Assembly (NCBI GenBank): GCA_009914755.4 | Contig: CP068257.2 | Coordinates: 40,640,001-40,704,000 of the forward strand | Direction: 5' to 3' | From: the human T2T-CHM13v2.0 reference genome, Homo sapiens | DNA length: 64,000 bases | Shown here: piece by piece, positions 1-14,406 of the stretch | Layout of the letters: every line of letters starts with the position of its first letter | Numbering within the stretch: the first letter of the stretch is position 1 | The notes under the pieces: model-generated | What the model saw: only the letters and a program-made list of their open reading frames with translations | Database searches by the model: none | Told to the model about the DNA's origin: nothing | Made by a program: the position numbers and the translations under genes

Positions 1-74
1 TCAGCCGAGATGGCGCCACTGCACTCCAGCCTGGGTGACAGAGTGAGATTCCATCTCAAAAAAAAAAAAAAAGT
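1..74 (+). mobile_element. Alu SINE 3' end with poly(A) tail, truncated by the window start.
   Basis: The sequence gagatggcgccactgcactccagcctgggtgacagagtgagattccatctc is followed by a run of A. Confidence 0.9.
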
Positions 75-3000
75 GAGAGGGGGATGAAGAGTCCTCACTG
101 GGTGAGGAAGGTGCCCGTGTGTTGTGTGTCTTGGGTCACGTGTGAACACATATGGGGGTGCAGGGGGAGGGGGCGTTTAAAGGATTCTAAGTCTAAACCA
201 CTGAGGACTCTTGGGGACAGGAGGAGAGATGAAGACTGGAGGAGGAACTGAGGGTTTCTAGCTGCGCGTGTTGACCTTCTCCTGGGGTGGCACATCCCAT
301 TGAAGCCATGTTCCCAGGGGACAAGCAGAGTGGACCCAGCTCTTTGGGGACTTTGGTGCTTCCAGTCTTATTTTGAAGGCATTATAGAGGGGGTGGAAGC
401 CAGATCCAAACCCAGTTCACTTCCCATTCCCTGCCCCATGCCTCAGTGGTCTTTGGTTTCCCGTGGGTGCTCTGGGCATCCTGCATGGAGGGGGACTCCA
501 GGCTCCCAGAGATAGGCAGCCGCATGCAGTGGTGCCCAAACGTGGAGGAGCACAGTCCAGCTAGCCTGTTGGAAGAGAGCCCTGAAAACAGGGCTGGGAC
601 CTCCCAGGGAATGAGTCAGGGGCCACCCATGAGCCTCCCTGCAGGCCTCCTCTGGTGGCCGCTCATGGTCATTGAGATTTTAGTTCTTTGGGTCACACAC
701 ACAGTGAGCGCCAGTGGACAGAACTTGCCTGTGTGAGGTCAGGGTCTCTCCCGCGGTACCCTCCATGTGGGCCATTCCTGAGTCTCATTTTCACTGATGG
801 GAACATAACACAAACGTGCTTTGTCTCTCTTGCACTTACCCCTTTCCTCCCTGGCATGCTGTGCTGCTGGCATGGAGGCAGGGTCAGGAGCCCAACAAGG
901 GGTGTGTGCGGGGTATAGGAAGGTGGCCCCCAGACCCCGCAGGGATCGGCTTGGGAGAGACCCACCAGACACATGAAGGGAAGCAACAGCAGCACTAAGT
1001 GGTATTGCTGGCAGGAACGGCAGGGATCACAACACAAAGGCAACAACAGAAACGAACACAGGGACAGCTCAGCGCCCAGCAGACATGAACTTGCCTGACC
1101 ATACCCTGTGAGGAGCTAGGGCTGTCACTATCTCCTCTGGAATACAGAGGCCCACGGTCGGTCGGTGACCTACCCAGGAGGGAAGTGGGATTCAGACCTG
1201 ACTAGTTTGCCTCCAGGCCCTACTGTTTTGACTCTCCTGATGGTAAAATGATGAGTCTGCAAATTGAACAAGTGCTTGGAGGAAGGAGGTTTGCTTTAGG
1301 TTTGGGCAGGAAAGGGAGGACCTGTATTCATGGAGGCCCAACCGGGTGGCAAATGCTTCACAGTCCTGATCTCATTTTGTCTCCCCAGCAGCACCAGGTG
1401 GAAGGAGGTACGTGTTGTTACCTCAGTTTACAAATGAGATAACAGAGGCTCAGCGAGATACACTAAGTTGTCTTAAGTCTGAAGATGAATAAGGACTCGA
1501 TGTAGGATTAGAGCTGTGGCCAGCCACCGTGTGAAGTTTACTTGCTTCTTGGGGCCACAAAACTGGCTCGATGAGGGGGCAGGACAAGGTTGGGATGAGG
1601 ATAGGGTGGTCCTTTTCAATGGGATGAATGGCAGCGGCCAACGCATGTTTGGGAGACCCTGACCAGACCAGCCTGGTGTGGGGGAAGTGGAGGCGAGGCG
1701 GGGGGAATGGGAAACGTGTCTGGAAGGGCCCAATTGTGGAAAGAAGGCCTTGAACCCCAGGCCTAGGCACAGTCGGTCCTAGAGGGAGACAGTGGGGGCC
1801 CACCCAGAGAGAGCTGGGAGACTCAGAATCCCACTGGAGCCCCTACTCTTCCCAGGCAGGCCACGCCAGCACTGGCCTTGGGCATGGGAGGGCCTCCCAA
1901 GTCATGTGCAGGCCCAAAGTCCTTGCTTTACTTTACAAGACAAGCACAGAGCCGAGGCCCAAGGCTTGCATGTGGCATCATCTCCGTGTCCGTCGAATCT
2001 GAAAGGACCAGGGAAGCTCAGGAAGCTGAGTTCAGAGGCATCCCTCTGCTTGGCAGCCACCCTGACCATGCCATTGGGTTGCTGGAAACCCCAGCTGTGG
2101 AAACGGAACCGCTGATTCTGAAGCTCTCCCCGCAATGCTTCTTGGATGTGGCCATGCACGGGGGCAAGGGTTTGATGAGAGCATCTGTGCCATTGCCCGG
2201 ACAAGAAGGAGCTGTTGGCTGTCATTCTTTCCAGAAATCTCAGCAATGTAAATGTTCAGGGAGAGCAATAAGACCTCGTGGTTGCCAGCCAACTCCTGCT
2301 TCTGGAAGCTTTCCAAATCTCCCTGTGCCTACCATTGTGCCTGTGCTGGATTTCTGCTTGTTTTTCCTTTTTCTTTCAGAGTTTGAATTTGGGTTTGGGA
2401 GGATAGTAATTTGATATATTAGAGCAGCGATAATCGCTGTCATTAAGCAGAACCCAGCTCCTTAATGTCTGTGTGTGGACGGGCCAAGTGCGAGCCAGTG
2501 TGTGGGGCTGGGATGCCTGAGAGCACAGAGAAACACAAAGCCAGGGCCGCCGGGCAGCTGGGGCAGGTTAGGGACACTTCTTTCGTTGTCCTGTTTGAGA
2601 CTCAGCCATGGCTGCTTTGGATGGTCTCTGGTTGGTGTTGGACTATGATTTTTCTTTAGCGGGGGTGACTCTGATGTCATTCAGCTTGGAGATGTGTCCC
2701 AAATAAACCTTTAATCACAGAAAAGGTGCTTGGAAGGACAAGGGGCACCTTCCTGGCCCGGTGACTGCAGCTTGGGGATCACCCTCCCATTGCCTGGCTT
2801 TCCCTCCTACTTTCCGAGCAACCACCTCTTGGGTTTGGCGTTTTAAGGTTTCCCCACTTGGATTTTAACCCCCATTGGCAGCAGGTTTAGGAAAGCCATC
2901 AGAGGGAAGCCCTCCTCCCTGACATCATCCCCGCCCAGGTGGTGTTGGGGCGAGTGAGGTTCTGGTGCTGGGGAAGCTGCTGCTTGAGGATAGCAGTGGG

Positions 3001-5289
3001 AAGAAGTTTCATGGCAGCAGCTGCCACCTATGTGTTCTGCAGAGCACCTGGCAGGAGAGACTCGCCTTCCCAGTCTCGGCACGCCTGGATGCCGCATTAG
3101 CACACAGGGAGGGTCATGGTCAGAGCTTCAGGATGCAGTGGGCGAGGTGTCTAAGATCCAGATGCTAGCCTTGGAGGAGCTGGTGGGACAAAGGCTGTTC
3201 CCAGGGATTGCACCTGCCTGGCCCTGCATCCAGGGAGGATCCTTTCAGCTGGAGATGCCGGAAGTTGGCAGAGCTGGGGTAAAGGGCAGAAACATAAAGA
3301 CCAGGTCAGCAGCAGCTCCAACTAAGGCAGATGCCCAGAGCAGATCAGAGAAGCAGACCAGAGATGAGCCGGCACCGCTGTGGGGGAAGGATCATCCCAG
3401 CCATCATGTGGTTTGGGGGAAAGCTGGGACCCCACTTGGTACAATTTAGGAAGGTACAGAAGAATGTGCATTCCATCATGTGGGTTCTGCTTCTCCCCTG
3501 AAGCCTCTGTCAAGAGCTGCTTTGGGTCTTGGTATGGAGAAATGCCTTCATTTGGCCAGACCCATCTGGCAGAGGCAGTCACGATGCCATTGGACCCCCA
3601 GGCAAGCAGCCCCTCCTAGAGAGCGAGGGTCTTGGAAGGCCTGGTATGACCCCCATGCCACTCTGTTTCCTAGGGAACCCTAAAGGGAAACCGCACGTGA
3701 GGGACTCCACTGAGATAACCCTGACGTCACCGTGCCACTGTGCCCCTTGTCTGCAGGGTAACTTGGCTTTGAAGGAGCATCAGGGGACCCTCTGTAGGAC
3801 TGGGGGTGAGATCGATGGACCTGCCAGCTGTTATTGTTGGGATTATAGGGAAGTGAGGAGGTCGTGTGTGCCTCCTTGGGGTCTGAGTGCCTCCTTGGGG
3901 TGCCTAAGGGAGACTGAACATCATTTTGGTGATATTTATTGATGTAACTACTCCCTTTGCACGATATTTATTGATGTGACTATTCCCCATCACTTGTGGG
4001 ATGCTGAGCTGTGCATAGCACAGTTCAAAATATCTGATCTAAGCAGGCAGGAAGGAGACAGCTGCTGCTGCTGCTTAGAGTTAGGCGCAGGGATGAAACC
4101 CATGAGATGAGGAGGCTGGTGGAGGAAAGGGACTGGGGGCAGTGGAGGGATGGAGAAATGGACAGAAGTATGGATGGGGAATGCTGAATGTGAGGGAGAC
4201 CCCAGAACCGGATGACACAAGAAAACAATCCTTGGCTGTGGCCGGGTGACCATGTTAAGGCCATTAAAGTCATGCTTGGAGAAACCACATAGATGCTTGC
4301 AGCTTTGCCTGTCATCCAGTGGACTTCAGAGCACAGCATCCGTTCGAAATCCAGCGGCAGATTTTCATAGTCTGACAAATTAAATCAGCTGTTCTCCTGG
4401 CGCCAGAGTGGGCTTCCTGCCCCACACTCACTGAGGGGTGGTAGGGAGGGGTGGCCTGTCCTTTGCACACTAGTGGGCAAATGATACTGTCTTCATTTTA
4501 TGAGCAGTTCTTGCCCCCTGTGACTTAGAATCCCTCACGTGTGTTTTGAGATCCATTTTGATGTTATTAAGCCCAACTTCCCAGACCTTCTTCCTGTTCT
4601 TCTTGTTGGCACAAAAGCCCCCTTCCTGTTTCAGAAGGTGCAAAAAGCAAGAGGATTGATCAGCGCGTGGCTTTGCCACATGATCACGAAAATGGAGGCG
4701 GTCGATGAGAAGGCCCTTAGGCATTAGGGGGAAGAAACAAGTAGAGTAAAAAGGAAATGTCACTGGATGTCATAGAATATGGATTTCTGTCCTTTCTGCC
4801 TTGAGCTTTCTCTTGGGGAGGGAGGAAGAGGGGTCTGGGAGAACAAGACAGCCCGTTCTGAGCAGAAGCCCCTTTCAGCTCTGGGCTGAGATGAATGGGG
4901 AGCGAGGGGGAGGGGAGGGAGTGTAGCGCAGCTGGGCTCATCCCATCAATGTTGGCATCCAAAGAAAAATCACGGCTTTGGGTGGGGAAACTGGGTCCTG
5001 CTGTGTAGTTTTCAGATTGAAGTTGATGTGAGACTTGGAGATCATTTGGCAACCTTATTGGTGCTATTGGCATAATTTAAATAATGGGAAGGATTTTATT
5101 CTTAATTGTTCCAGCCAGGTTTAGAAGCCTGGAAAAAGACCAGTTCTGCTTTTAGAAGTATAAAAATACCGCAGGGATGGAAAATGCTTCATGCCTGACA
5201 GGCAGATGTAAATGATTTCCAGTTATATTTCAGTACCTGCGCAGGGGCAGGGCCCCGTTGCTAGTGATCTGATGAACTAGTCAGCCAGT

Positions 5290-5600
5290 GGGGCGCGGTG
5301 TGCAGGGGGCGTGTGTGTGCACACAGGATGTATGTACATGGTGTGTCTGTGCCTACATATGATAGTGTGTACATGGTGTGTCTGTGCACGCATGATTGTG
5401 TGTACATGGTGTGTGTGCACATGATGCACATGTGTGTATATGGGTAGACGTGTATGTGATGTGTGTCTGAGTGCATGGTGTGAGTGCACACATGTCCATG
5501 TGTGGGTGTGTGTGCATGCGCGTGTGCCTGTGTGCACATGGTGTGTGCATGGCATGGGTGTGTATCATGGCCTGTGTGTGCACACTGTGTGTACAGGGCA
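5290..5600. repeat. Degenerate GT/CA-rich low-complexity repeat with (TGTGTGCACATG)-like units.
   Basis: Direct reading of the sequence. The ORF-track entries here are His/Thr/Cys-rich artefacts on both strands. Confidence 0.85.
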
Positions 5601-7889
5601 GACGCACTCACTGAGGGCCCCTTCAGTTGTAATAGGCAGGAGGAGCGCACGAGGAGGCTGAAACGCCAGTTAGAATTTCAGCTGTGAGCTCTTCTCTTCC
5701 CCACTTAGGGCTGGGATGTTTTCACAGAAATCACAGAGCAGCTCTCAGAGCCCAAACTCATTGTTTCTCCTGGTTTTGTTTGTGTTGACTTTCCCTTTAA
5801 TCCATGCTCAAGCCCCTCACCTGTTTAGAGGGGATGTGGCCCGACTTTCAATGAAAATCTCTCCAGTTCTCCTGCCGTGGCCTCTCGGGCTCCTGGGGAA
5901 CAGCACCCTGAGCCTTCTCCTTCTTAACTGGTGAGTTCTGCAGAGAATGGGGCTATGGTTGATAGTGTAGTCTTTGGGAACTTTTGTTATTGGACAAATG
6001 TCCACTTTGTTTTCTAGGACATCTCTTTGTGTCCCCCAGAGTGAACCAGCTGGAGCCAGGGAGCCCCTAGAGCAGTAGCAGCCATTAGGGGGAGCCACTG
6101 GGAGTCAGGTGCCTTGACTTGGATCCAGGTGTGCACCCTTTCTTTCCAAGGGTCTCTGGGTGAGGCCCGTGACCTTCCCAAGCCTCTCCCTGTCTTGTGA
6201 AACCTGGGCGTGATATACCTCCCTTTTAGGGCTGCTGCGATCATTTAGGCAGATTAAACCTCATAAGTGGTTTCCCATACAAGAAAGATGCTAGCAGTGC
6301 AACAGACAGAACACTTACCTGCCTGCCCTCCCGCCAGGAGGTGGTCTTCCAACTTTTGCCCGGAGTCTACAGAGGGTGGGCCCTCTCTGCTGGGGCTCCG
6401 GGACATGGTCAGGAGAGGTTGGTCTGTCTGTACCGCCATTCTCTTGGCCAGACTGTGGTGTCTGGTCCCTACTCACACCTTCCTGTCAGAGTATCCAGAG
6501 GCCGCAGAGTATCCACACCCTGGCTGGGTGTACTGGCTACAGATGGCTGTGGCTCCAGGTCACCTGCGTGCCTGGGTGATGAGAAATAATGTCACAACAA
6601 ATATCCCATCTGCATTCTCTGGGACACTGACCCATGAAGAGAAAGCAGTTCTCACAGTTTTTACAGGCACAGGTCAGCTCTCAGAGTGCTGGGGACAGGG
6701 TTCCCACCAGGCAGCCCTTTCTGCTCCTCCCAGAGACTGATGGCTTCTCTGCATTCAGAGGGATCTGGGAGCATTGCAGGAATAGGCTCTGGCTCTTCAG
6801 AAATGATCACGAGCTTAAGGAACTGGGTCTGCAATGTGAAGCCTTAGGTCCACTCTCCTTGGTGGGAGCTCATGCCCTCCCCAGGCTCCAGGACCCAGTC
6901 AGGATTCTTAATTCACGTGGCTATGTCAGCGCAGCTGTCACTCCCGGAAATGAAGAGAGACCCCTCTTGCCGTCCTTCTCACATTGCTTGCACTTTCCAG
7001 CATGCATTTTGTTGTGATGTTTTGTCTGTAATTGCAACTCCAGCAGCAGCCAGTGTTTATTAACCATTTTCTATATGCCGGGCTCAATGTGAGGCATTTC
7101 GAACACATTCTCTTGTTTGGTCTTCACAGACACCCTTAAGGTTAAGTACTCATTTCATGCCCATTACCAGATGAAGAAAACAAATTTTAAAAACTCAAGG
7201 AACTTGCCCAAGGTCACACGGCTAATTAGAGGCCGAATCTAGAGCCGATTTGGAAATTTCAGGGCCCACTGGAATCTCCTGGGTCATGCCCCAGGCCAAT
7301 TCCTTCAGAAGCGTTTCTCAAACTCCCCAGGAGATTCCAGTCAATCAATTTGCAGGCAGCTTTTTGGGAACCCAGCTGGGCTGGAGTCTATGTAGAATAT
7401 CCATGGCACCCGCAGCCTCTGCAGCATCTGGCCTGAGTTATTCTTCCATTGCCCGGTGCTATCATACAGATACAGGACTGGTGACTACAAACAGTGTTAG
7501 CAGGACGTACTTGGAGCTCATTTGGCAGTGGGAGTGGACGTGCTGGGGGCCATCCCCCTTCCACCTGAAGCGTTCTTGTCCTAAAGCATGTTGCTGAGAC
7601 AGCTGTGTAGGGCGTGGCGGTGACCCTGGGGAAGGACCGTACTGAGAGCTCCAGACTCCAGCCAGCCTCCTCACTTTGGCCACATTCCAACAATGCTTAC
7701 TGCCTTCCACAGTGGATGAAATATTCCAGAAATCAGAATGTGTTGAAATGTGTGGCAAAGAAGAATGTCATACTTGAATATGTGCTTACACTGGCCACTG
7801 AACTGCATACACAGTCCCAAGAGGTCTCCCTGCACCGCGAGGCCCATGCTAGAAAAGGCGTTCTTCAGGAACAGACTGAGGCTTCATGA

Positions 7890-8530
7890 AGATCCTTCCC
7901 TCCATCCATCACTCCATTAATCCTCCCCTCCATTCATCCCTCCACTCATCCCTTCATTTACTCCATCCATCCTTCCTCCCATTTTCCCATCCACTCCATC
8001 AGCCTCTCCATCCATCCCTCCACTCATCCCTTCATTTACTCCATCCATCCTTCCTCCCATTTCCCCACCCACTCCATAAGCCTCTCCAACCATCCCTCCA
8101 TCTGTTCCTCCATTAATTCTTCCCTCCACCCATCCCTCCCTTTATCTCTCCATCTATTTCTCTCTCCATCCCTCCCTTCATGTCTTCCTCTATCCCTCCT
8201 CCATCCCTCCCTCTATTCCTCCCTCCATCCCTCTTTCCATCTCTCCCTCCATCCTTCCCTCCATCCCACCTTCCATATCCCCCCCATCCCTCCCTCCATG
8301 TCTTCCTCCATCCCTTCCTCCATCCCTCAATGCATCCCTCTCTCCATCCAGAGTTCACCACACCCTGAGTCCCCAGTGCTGCACTCCTGAAACTCACTCT
8401 GGGATTTGCAACTGGGGGTTGCCTTGAACATGTTCCCTGTGTATCCGGTTGAATTTTGGAAACACCCATATCTCCATCCACTCTATCAGCCTCTCCATCC
8501 ATCCCTCCATCCATCCCTCCATTAATCCTC
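7890..8530. repeat. Polypyrimidine (CATCC/TCCC)n tract on the + strand with a ~110-bp interruption.
   Basis: The sequence shows ccatccatccctccactcatccc iterated. The ORFs here are His/Pro/Ser-rich on the + strand and Gly/Met-rich on the - strand. Confidence 0.85.
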
Positions 8531-10687
8531 CTCTAGAGCATTCTACTAGAGAACAGCCGAGGTCAGCCTTCCTCTGCCTCTCAGGGGAGTAGGGCGCCTG
8601 CTGGCAGCTGCTGTAAGACTCGGGATGAGGGCTGCCCCCTGCAGGTGGCTCTGAAAGCTGCAGCTCTGAGTGGTGCCCCCAGCAGCAGCTTTGTTCCCTA
8701 ATTAGGAGGGCACAGTGGCTGTCTAGAAGCACCCAGGAGGGAGCTGCTCCAGAACTTTCTTTATCAGCTGACAAATCAACCTTCTCATGTGAGGGGAGTT
8801 TGAGTCGTTCACTCCAGAATTCTGGAGAACCGTAGGATTCGGAGCTCCTTGAGGGCATAGCCAGTGCTTTCCCTTGTTCCTGGTGGTGATCCAAGCTTGC
8901 CTTTCTCTCAGACCTGCCTCAGTTGTCCTGTTCTCATACCCTGTTTTCCCCCAAGAACACAGGGTGCATCCCCAGCCTTAGCTGGATTTTCTTCCACCTT
9001 GCAAAGGCCCCTGCCTGGGAGACATGTCTTGGTGTGAGAGAGACGACATTGCGTTCCCAGATGTCGCTGGTGCTGGGCTCAGCTCCAAAGTTCTGGAGCA
9101 GAGTCAGCAAAGCACAGCCTGGAGACCAGATCTGTGCTCTGCCTGAGTTTGTAAGTGAAGTTTTGTTGCAGTAGCCACAGCCGTGCATGTACAGGTGGCA
9201 GCTTTAGCTTCTGCTAAACTGGAGAGCTCAGTGTTTGTGACAGACTGCGTGTCCTGCAAAATCGAAAATGTCTGTGATTCAGCTCTTCAGGGAAAAAGGG
9301 TGCCGATGTCTGGCCTACAGGGCTCAAGCATTGTCATCATGCCCCCATCCAACCGTCCACTCAAGGTGCATTGACTGAGGCTGGCTGGCTGGAGTCATCA
9401 TGTGGGCCCTCAGGCTATGGAGGCAAATCGAGTGGCATTGCCTCTGCGGAGCTGGCCATTACCTTGTTTCCTAACTGTCACTCATTTGATAAAAACTGAC
9501 AAGGTTGCTAGAGCCACGTGTTTGCAAACCAGTGGGCATTCGCACGTGCATGTAATCCACACAGTTACTCGGTGATGGGAGTATACTTGAGGGAAAGCAG
9601 CTCACAGATTTGCCACTTGCCACAGGTCATGGTTTAGGAAGAGGCAGAGGTGGGGTGTTTTCTCATTAGCCCATTCCCTCCTCCCTTTGGATGGAAGAAA
9701 GGAAAAGAGCAGGGGAGAGAGAGGCCAATGGCAAAGGAGCACAGCGGGAGAAAGAAGGCCCCCAGGCTTGAGCGGCCCTGAAGCTCAGCAGCTGTGGGTT
9801 GGACGGTGGTGTTGGCTTGCTCTTCCCCTTCCCTCCTGGTTTCTTCAGGCCAGTGCGGCATCCTGCACGTGGTCAGTCCAAGTCCAGGGAGGGCCCCATC
9901 ACCTGGGGGTGGTCGCTATCAGTGGCAAAGTCTTGTCAGCAGCTCATGGGGCAGGAAGGGCCTATGGTTGGGGGTTTCCTGGCGATCCCATGGAGGAAGG
10001 TGAGGATGAGTTGTGTTGCTTCTCGGGTGAAGCTGGTCACGTGGCCCTAAAGGCATTCAGAGTAGATGCTCACTTCAACCCTGCAGGTGGCATTGGGCGG
10101 CAAGCATTTCTAGGACCCAGCTTCCACCACGGAGCCGAATGGTGGCCCGGCTGGGGCCAGGGCTCCTCTCGAGGGGGCCTGAGATGCTGAGACCCATGAC
10201 GCTGCTGCTCCTGCCAGGGGCTCATCACCTGTGAAACACAAGCCGGGGAGCCTGAGTGTGGCAGAGTCTCCCTCCCCAGGGTTCCCTCTGCAGGATTTTG
10301 TTTGGGTTCTTTTGAAGTTGAAAAGATTTTCAAAAGAGCTCACCAGAATATCTAAAACCATGTTATTTAGGGAGGAGAGGAGCCGCATGGAAGGGCCCCA
10401 ACTCCCCAGTGACCCCCTCCACCAAACGCACACCAACTGGTGGCATTAGAGGTGACAGTGCAGCAGGATGGACTTCTTACTTCCCCTCTCAGTCTTTGCA
10501 CTCAGCCCCAAGCAGCTCCTGCCAAGGAGCCAAGGAGAGGAAAATATCCCTTAGCAGGAAGGAAGGAAAATAGAGGCATCCCAGAAACTGAACAAGGACC
10601 CAGAAAGCAAACCCCACCTCTGTTCCCCCATGAGCTACCCACTTTTCCCCACAGCCCCACAGCTGTGTGCCTCCCTCTCTCCCATTT

Positions 10688-10980
<293 letters not shown>

Positions 10981-12607
10981 CCTCTCTCCCGTTTTCTACC
11001 CTCTTTCTTCTTCTAGTACGGTGAGGTGGGGGCGGGTGCTCTTGTCCTCCTTCCCCCTCTCCACCACCCCCCCTCTCCCGCCCCACCCAGGCAGCTCTGG
11101 AGTCCTGCTGGCTGCAAGTTTACTAAACGGAGGCATTTGTGAGGGGATTTCAGATACCCTGCTGTGCTCAGGCCAGGGTGACAGTGTTTTGATGTTTGCG
11201 GTTGGAAAGCTGACCTCCTGGATGTGGGGTGACGGGAGCGGCCGGTGGGAACAGTACTGTCTGCATGGCATCTTCTCCCATGAGAAAGGATGACTCCTGA
11301 GAAAACAGACAAGCAGGATAGCAAACTCCATCGCAGACTCCCTGGCCTGGTCGAAGGGGCACAGAATCCACAGGGGCCTGGGGGAAGCTTGGGCAGCTCC
11401 CCACCCCCTCTCTCCACTGAAACCCCGAGCGAGAGTCCCTCTGTGTATCGGGGACTGCCCGCTTGTGAGGAGACGCATTGCCTCGCTCTGGCTTGGAAGA
11501 GGAATGTCCTGCCTGGCCCGGCCCCCTCGGGAAGCTGGCGGGTGAGTGAACAAGACAAGGATGGTGAAACACGCTGCAACCTCGGCCGCGGAGCTCCATA
11601 AACACAGGATGGCCTCTTGTCCCTGCTGTTTATCCACATTTATGTTTATGGCGTACTTAACTCACGGAGAGGTCAGAACGCTGAGCTATCAGAGTAACAT
11701 TTGACATTTGGACAACCACAAAACAAGGCCCTGATTCTCTGCGGGTGCCCACTTCACCTGGTCCCAGCCCAGCCCAGTGCAGGTGGACAACACGCCTTTG
11801 TTGGTGCTGCTGGGAAACAAAACCCAATGACCGATCTTCCCCAGGGTCTCTCGAGAAGCAGCCGGCCCCTTTCCAAACTGCAACTCGTTCAATGAAACCT
11901 GAGTGAGCTAGTCACTTGCTTATTATGTTCTGCAGGTAACCAGGACTGGGGGGTTAATGGTTCCCAAGGGGCTCAGATCCCTTGGTTGCTGGGTAGGTAG
12001 TAGGAGAGGTTTTTCTCACACGAAGCCTTAGGGAGCATGCATTTGGCTTGGGGAAGCATACTTCCTAGCAGAGGCTGCAAGGAGTCCTTCATGTAAACAG
12101 GGCTTGAGTCCTCCGTAAGGGACAGGAGACCTTCCCACATCCTAGCAAGAATTCTTCTTTTTTCTGAGGATGTTTTGTGGAATGAAAAATAAATTGAAAG
12201 GTAAAGGTCAGTTGCACAAGTGAAGATCTCTTTGAATGGGCATAGGAATTCTTACGGCCGTAGATTTCAGAGCATCTCACTGCATCAGCGCTGCCAGCTA
12301 CCCTGCCCACACCTGGGTGGTATTCTTAGCCTTAGGTGACCCACGGGGTTTCTTCTTTATGAGGGGAAAGGCTTGAAATTCCTTCTGATCCTCTGTTCAA
12401 TATTTCATGCGATATCAGACTAAATGCACAATTCTAGATTGAGCTGACTGTATTGATTCAATGGGAATATGCCCACTCGGAGGAGGAGGGAGGGAGGAGG
12501 GGAACGGCTGGGAACCGCTCTGCGGGGCCTGGCAAAGGCACTCTTGGCCCCGGGTGCAAGAGCCGCCTCCGGGTTTGGCAGAAGGGGTTGGAATCTTGGA
12601 TCCTCTG

Positions 12608-12636
12608 CTGACCTACCGTGTGACCTTGAGCAGGTC
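12608..12636. promoter_or_regulatory. Cluster of three consensus nuclear-receptor half-sites, TGACCT-accgtg-TGACCT-tgagc-AGGTCA, which is a DR6 plus an everted ER5 arrangement.
   Basis: The hexamers are exact. The cluster lies in a GC-rich intronic segment (ggaggaggagggagggaggagg starts ~12478). Function is inferred only. Confidence 0.3.
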
Positions 12637-14224
12637 ATTAACCCTCTCCAAGCTCTTGTATGTCACCTGTAAAAGATGGAGAAGAACGCAGTAGTCGCTT
12701 GCTGTGAGGCCTAAGCGGAGTGACAGGAGCAAGGCTGGCGCGGTGCCCACCCCAGTGAGCTCTGGCCTGGTGAGGCCCGTTCTGTGACTCATGGCCTCTG
12801 CCGGGGGACTGGGCTGGCCCTGCCTGTGCCTCCTTCAAGGGCACATTTCTACAGAGTGAGGAAAACTCTCCTAGCCCCGAGCGATGCTGCCGTGTCCCCC
12901 GACTCTTCCTAGGTGTTGACAGTTGACAGGTCTCGGTTCTCTTTGCAAAGCACTGTTAGCTAATGTAGGAAATGTAAACATTCAGTGCCTTCCTGAAATT
13001 CCTTCTAGACCGGAACCACCTTGTTCCAGGGGCTGTCTGGCAAGTGGTATAGCCCAGCCACAGCAGCTAACAGGGCTCATGGGATTACTGGGGGGTAATC
13101 TCCATCTCAGAAAGGTGCCTTGACTTTTCCATGGGCAAAGGAATGTTGCCTTCATTTCCAAGGGAGGAAACCGTCTTTTTTATTGTTTGTTTTGGAAAAG
13201 TTGTATTTCTTTGTTTAAAAATCAACACCTTTGGGGGTTTACTTTAGATTTAAAAGTAGTTAGCCCTGAAGCGACAGGAAGGGGACGTGAGGGAGCTCCT
13301 AGGAGTGGGCCATGTCCCAGTTCTGATCTGGGGGCTGGGACCCTGGTGTGTTCGATCTGGAAAAGCATGTGAAGCTGTGTATTTATGGTCTGCGCACTTC
13401 TCTGTGTTTTCTACACCTCAGCGACATTTACAGCAAAATGTAATTACTCAGAAGTGAACACAACAGGCACATTTCCATGGCCATTGTCTACGGGTTTCCT
13501 GATGACTTCTGTCTCGCCCACTTGGGGAGGGGTTTGTGCTTATGTAACACAAGACAGACGGAGCCAGCAACCCCGTAAAAATGCCTGAAGTAGGTTGATC
13601 CTGCCGTTAGACTGTGGGGAGGGGCCAGGCGGCTGGGCCTGCAGTGGCCTCTGGGCATTGCCTGATGGCTCTGGTCCCAAAGGGGTCTGTCCTGTCAGAA
13701 GGGAGGTGTGGGAAGAGACGACAAGGCCACGGCGTTGCCTGAGACGGGATGTTGCTCAAGGTTCATTTGTGCCAAGAGCCCTTCCTGTCTTGTGAGTGCC
13801 ACGAACATTTCCTTCCAGTAACCATTGTGCAGGCTCCATTCCAGGTTCGCGGGGCATGATAATCAAGAAGCTGGTCTTGCTCACGTCCTCATGGAGCTGA
13901 CATTCTCAGGGCCTCCAGGGCAGTGACAGAGCTGGAAGCAGAAGAAGACGTGCGTCACATGGCGGCTGTCGGATGCCCTGCTCATCTGGGGTGCCTGGTT
14001 TGGGGTTGGCCAGCTGGCCTTTAGGAGGAGCAGCTTCATTCCAGCGTTATCTCCTTATACTCATGATCACCGGAATTCGGGATGTCTGCACAGGCTGTCT
14101 CTGAATCTCTAATGTTCTAAAAGTGGCTCATTCTGAAGGAGGGGATAACTCAGGAAACTCTTTAGTATTCACTTAATTTTAAACATTACTAAATGCTTCA
14201 TCTGCATGGTTTTTAAACATCTGT

Positions 14225-14406
14225 TCATCCATCCATCTGTCTGTCCCTCTGTCCATCCATCCATCCATCCTTCCATCCATCTGTCCATCCATCCATCCAT
14301 CAATCTATCCATCCATTCATTCATCTATTCATCCGTCTGTCCATCCATCCATCCATTCATCCATTCATCCATCTGTTCATCCATTCATCCATTCATCCAT
14401 CCATTC
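14225..14406. repeat. (CATCCATC)n simple repeat.
   Basis: The sequence shows tccatccatccatccatcc iterated. Confidence 0.9.

Noticed and set aside
10996-11639. Overlapping 208-213-aa minus-strand ORFs next to an Alu.
   Set aside because: They show no recognisable protein similarity and are Pro/Arg/Ser-rich, and they partly overlap Alu-derived sequence. They lie in an ABCG1 intron with no splice-site support.
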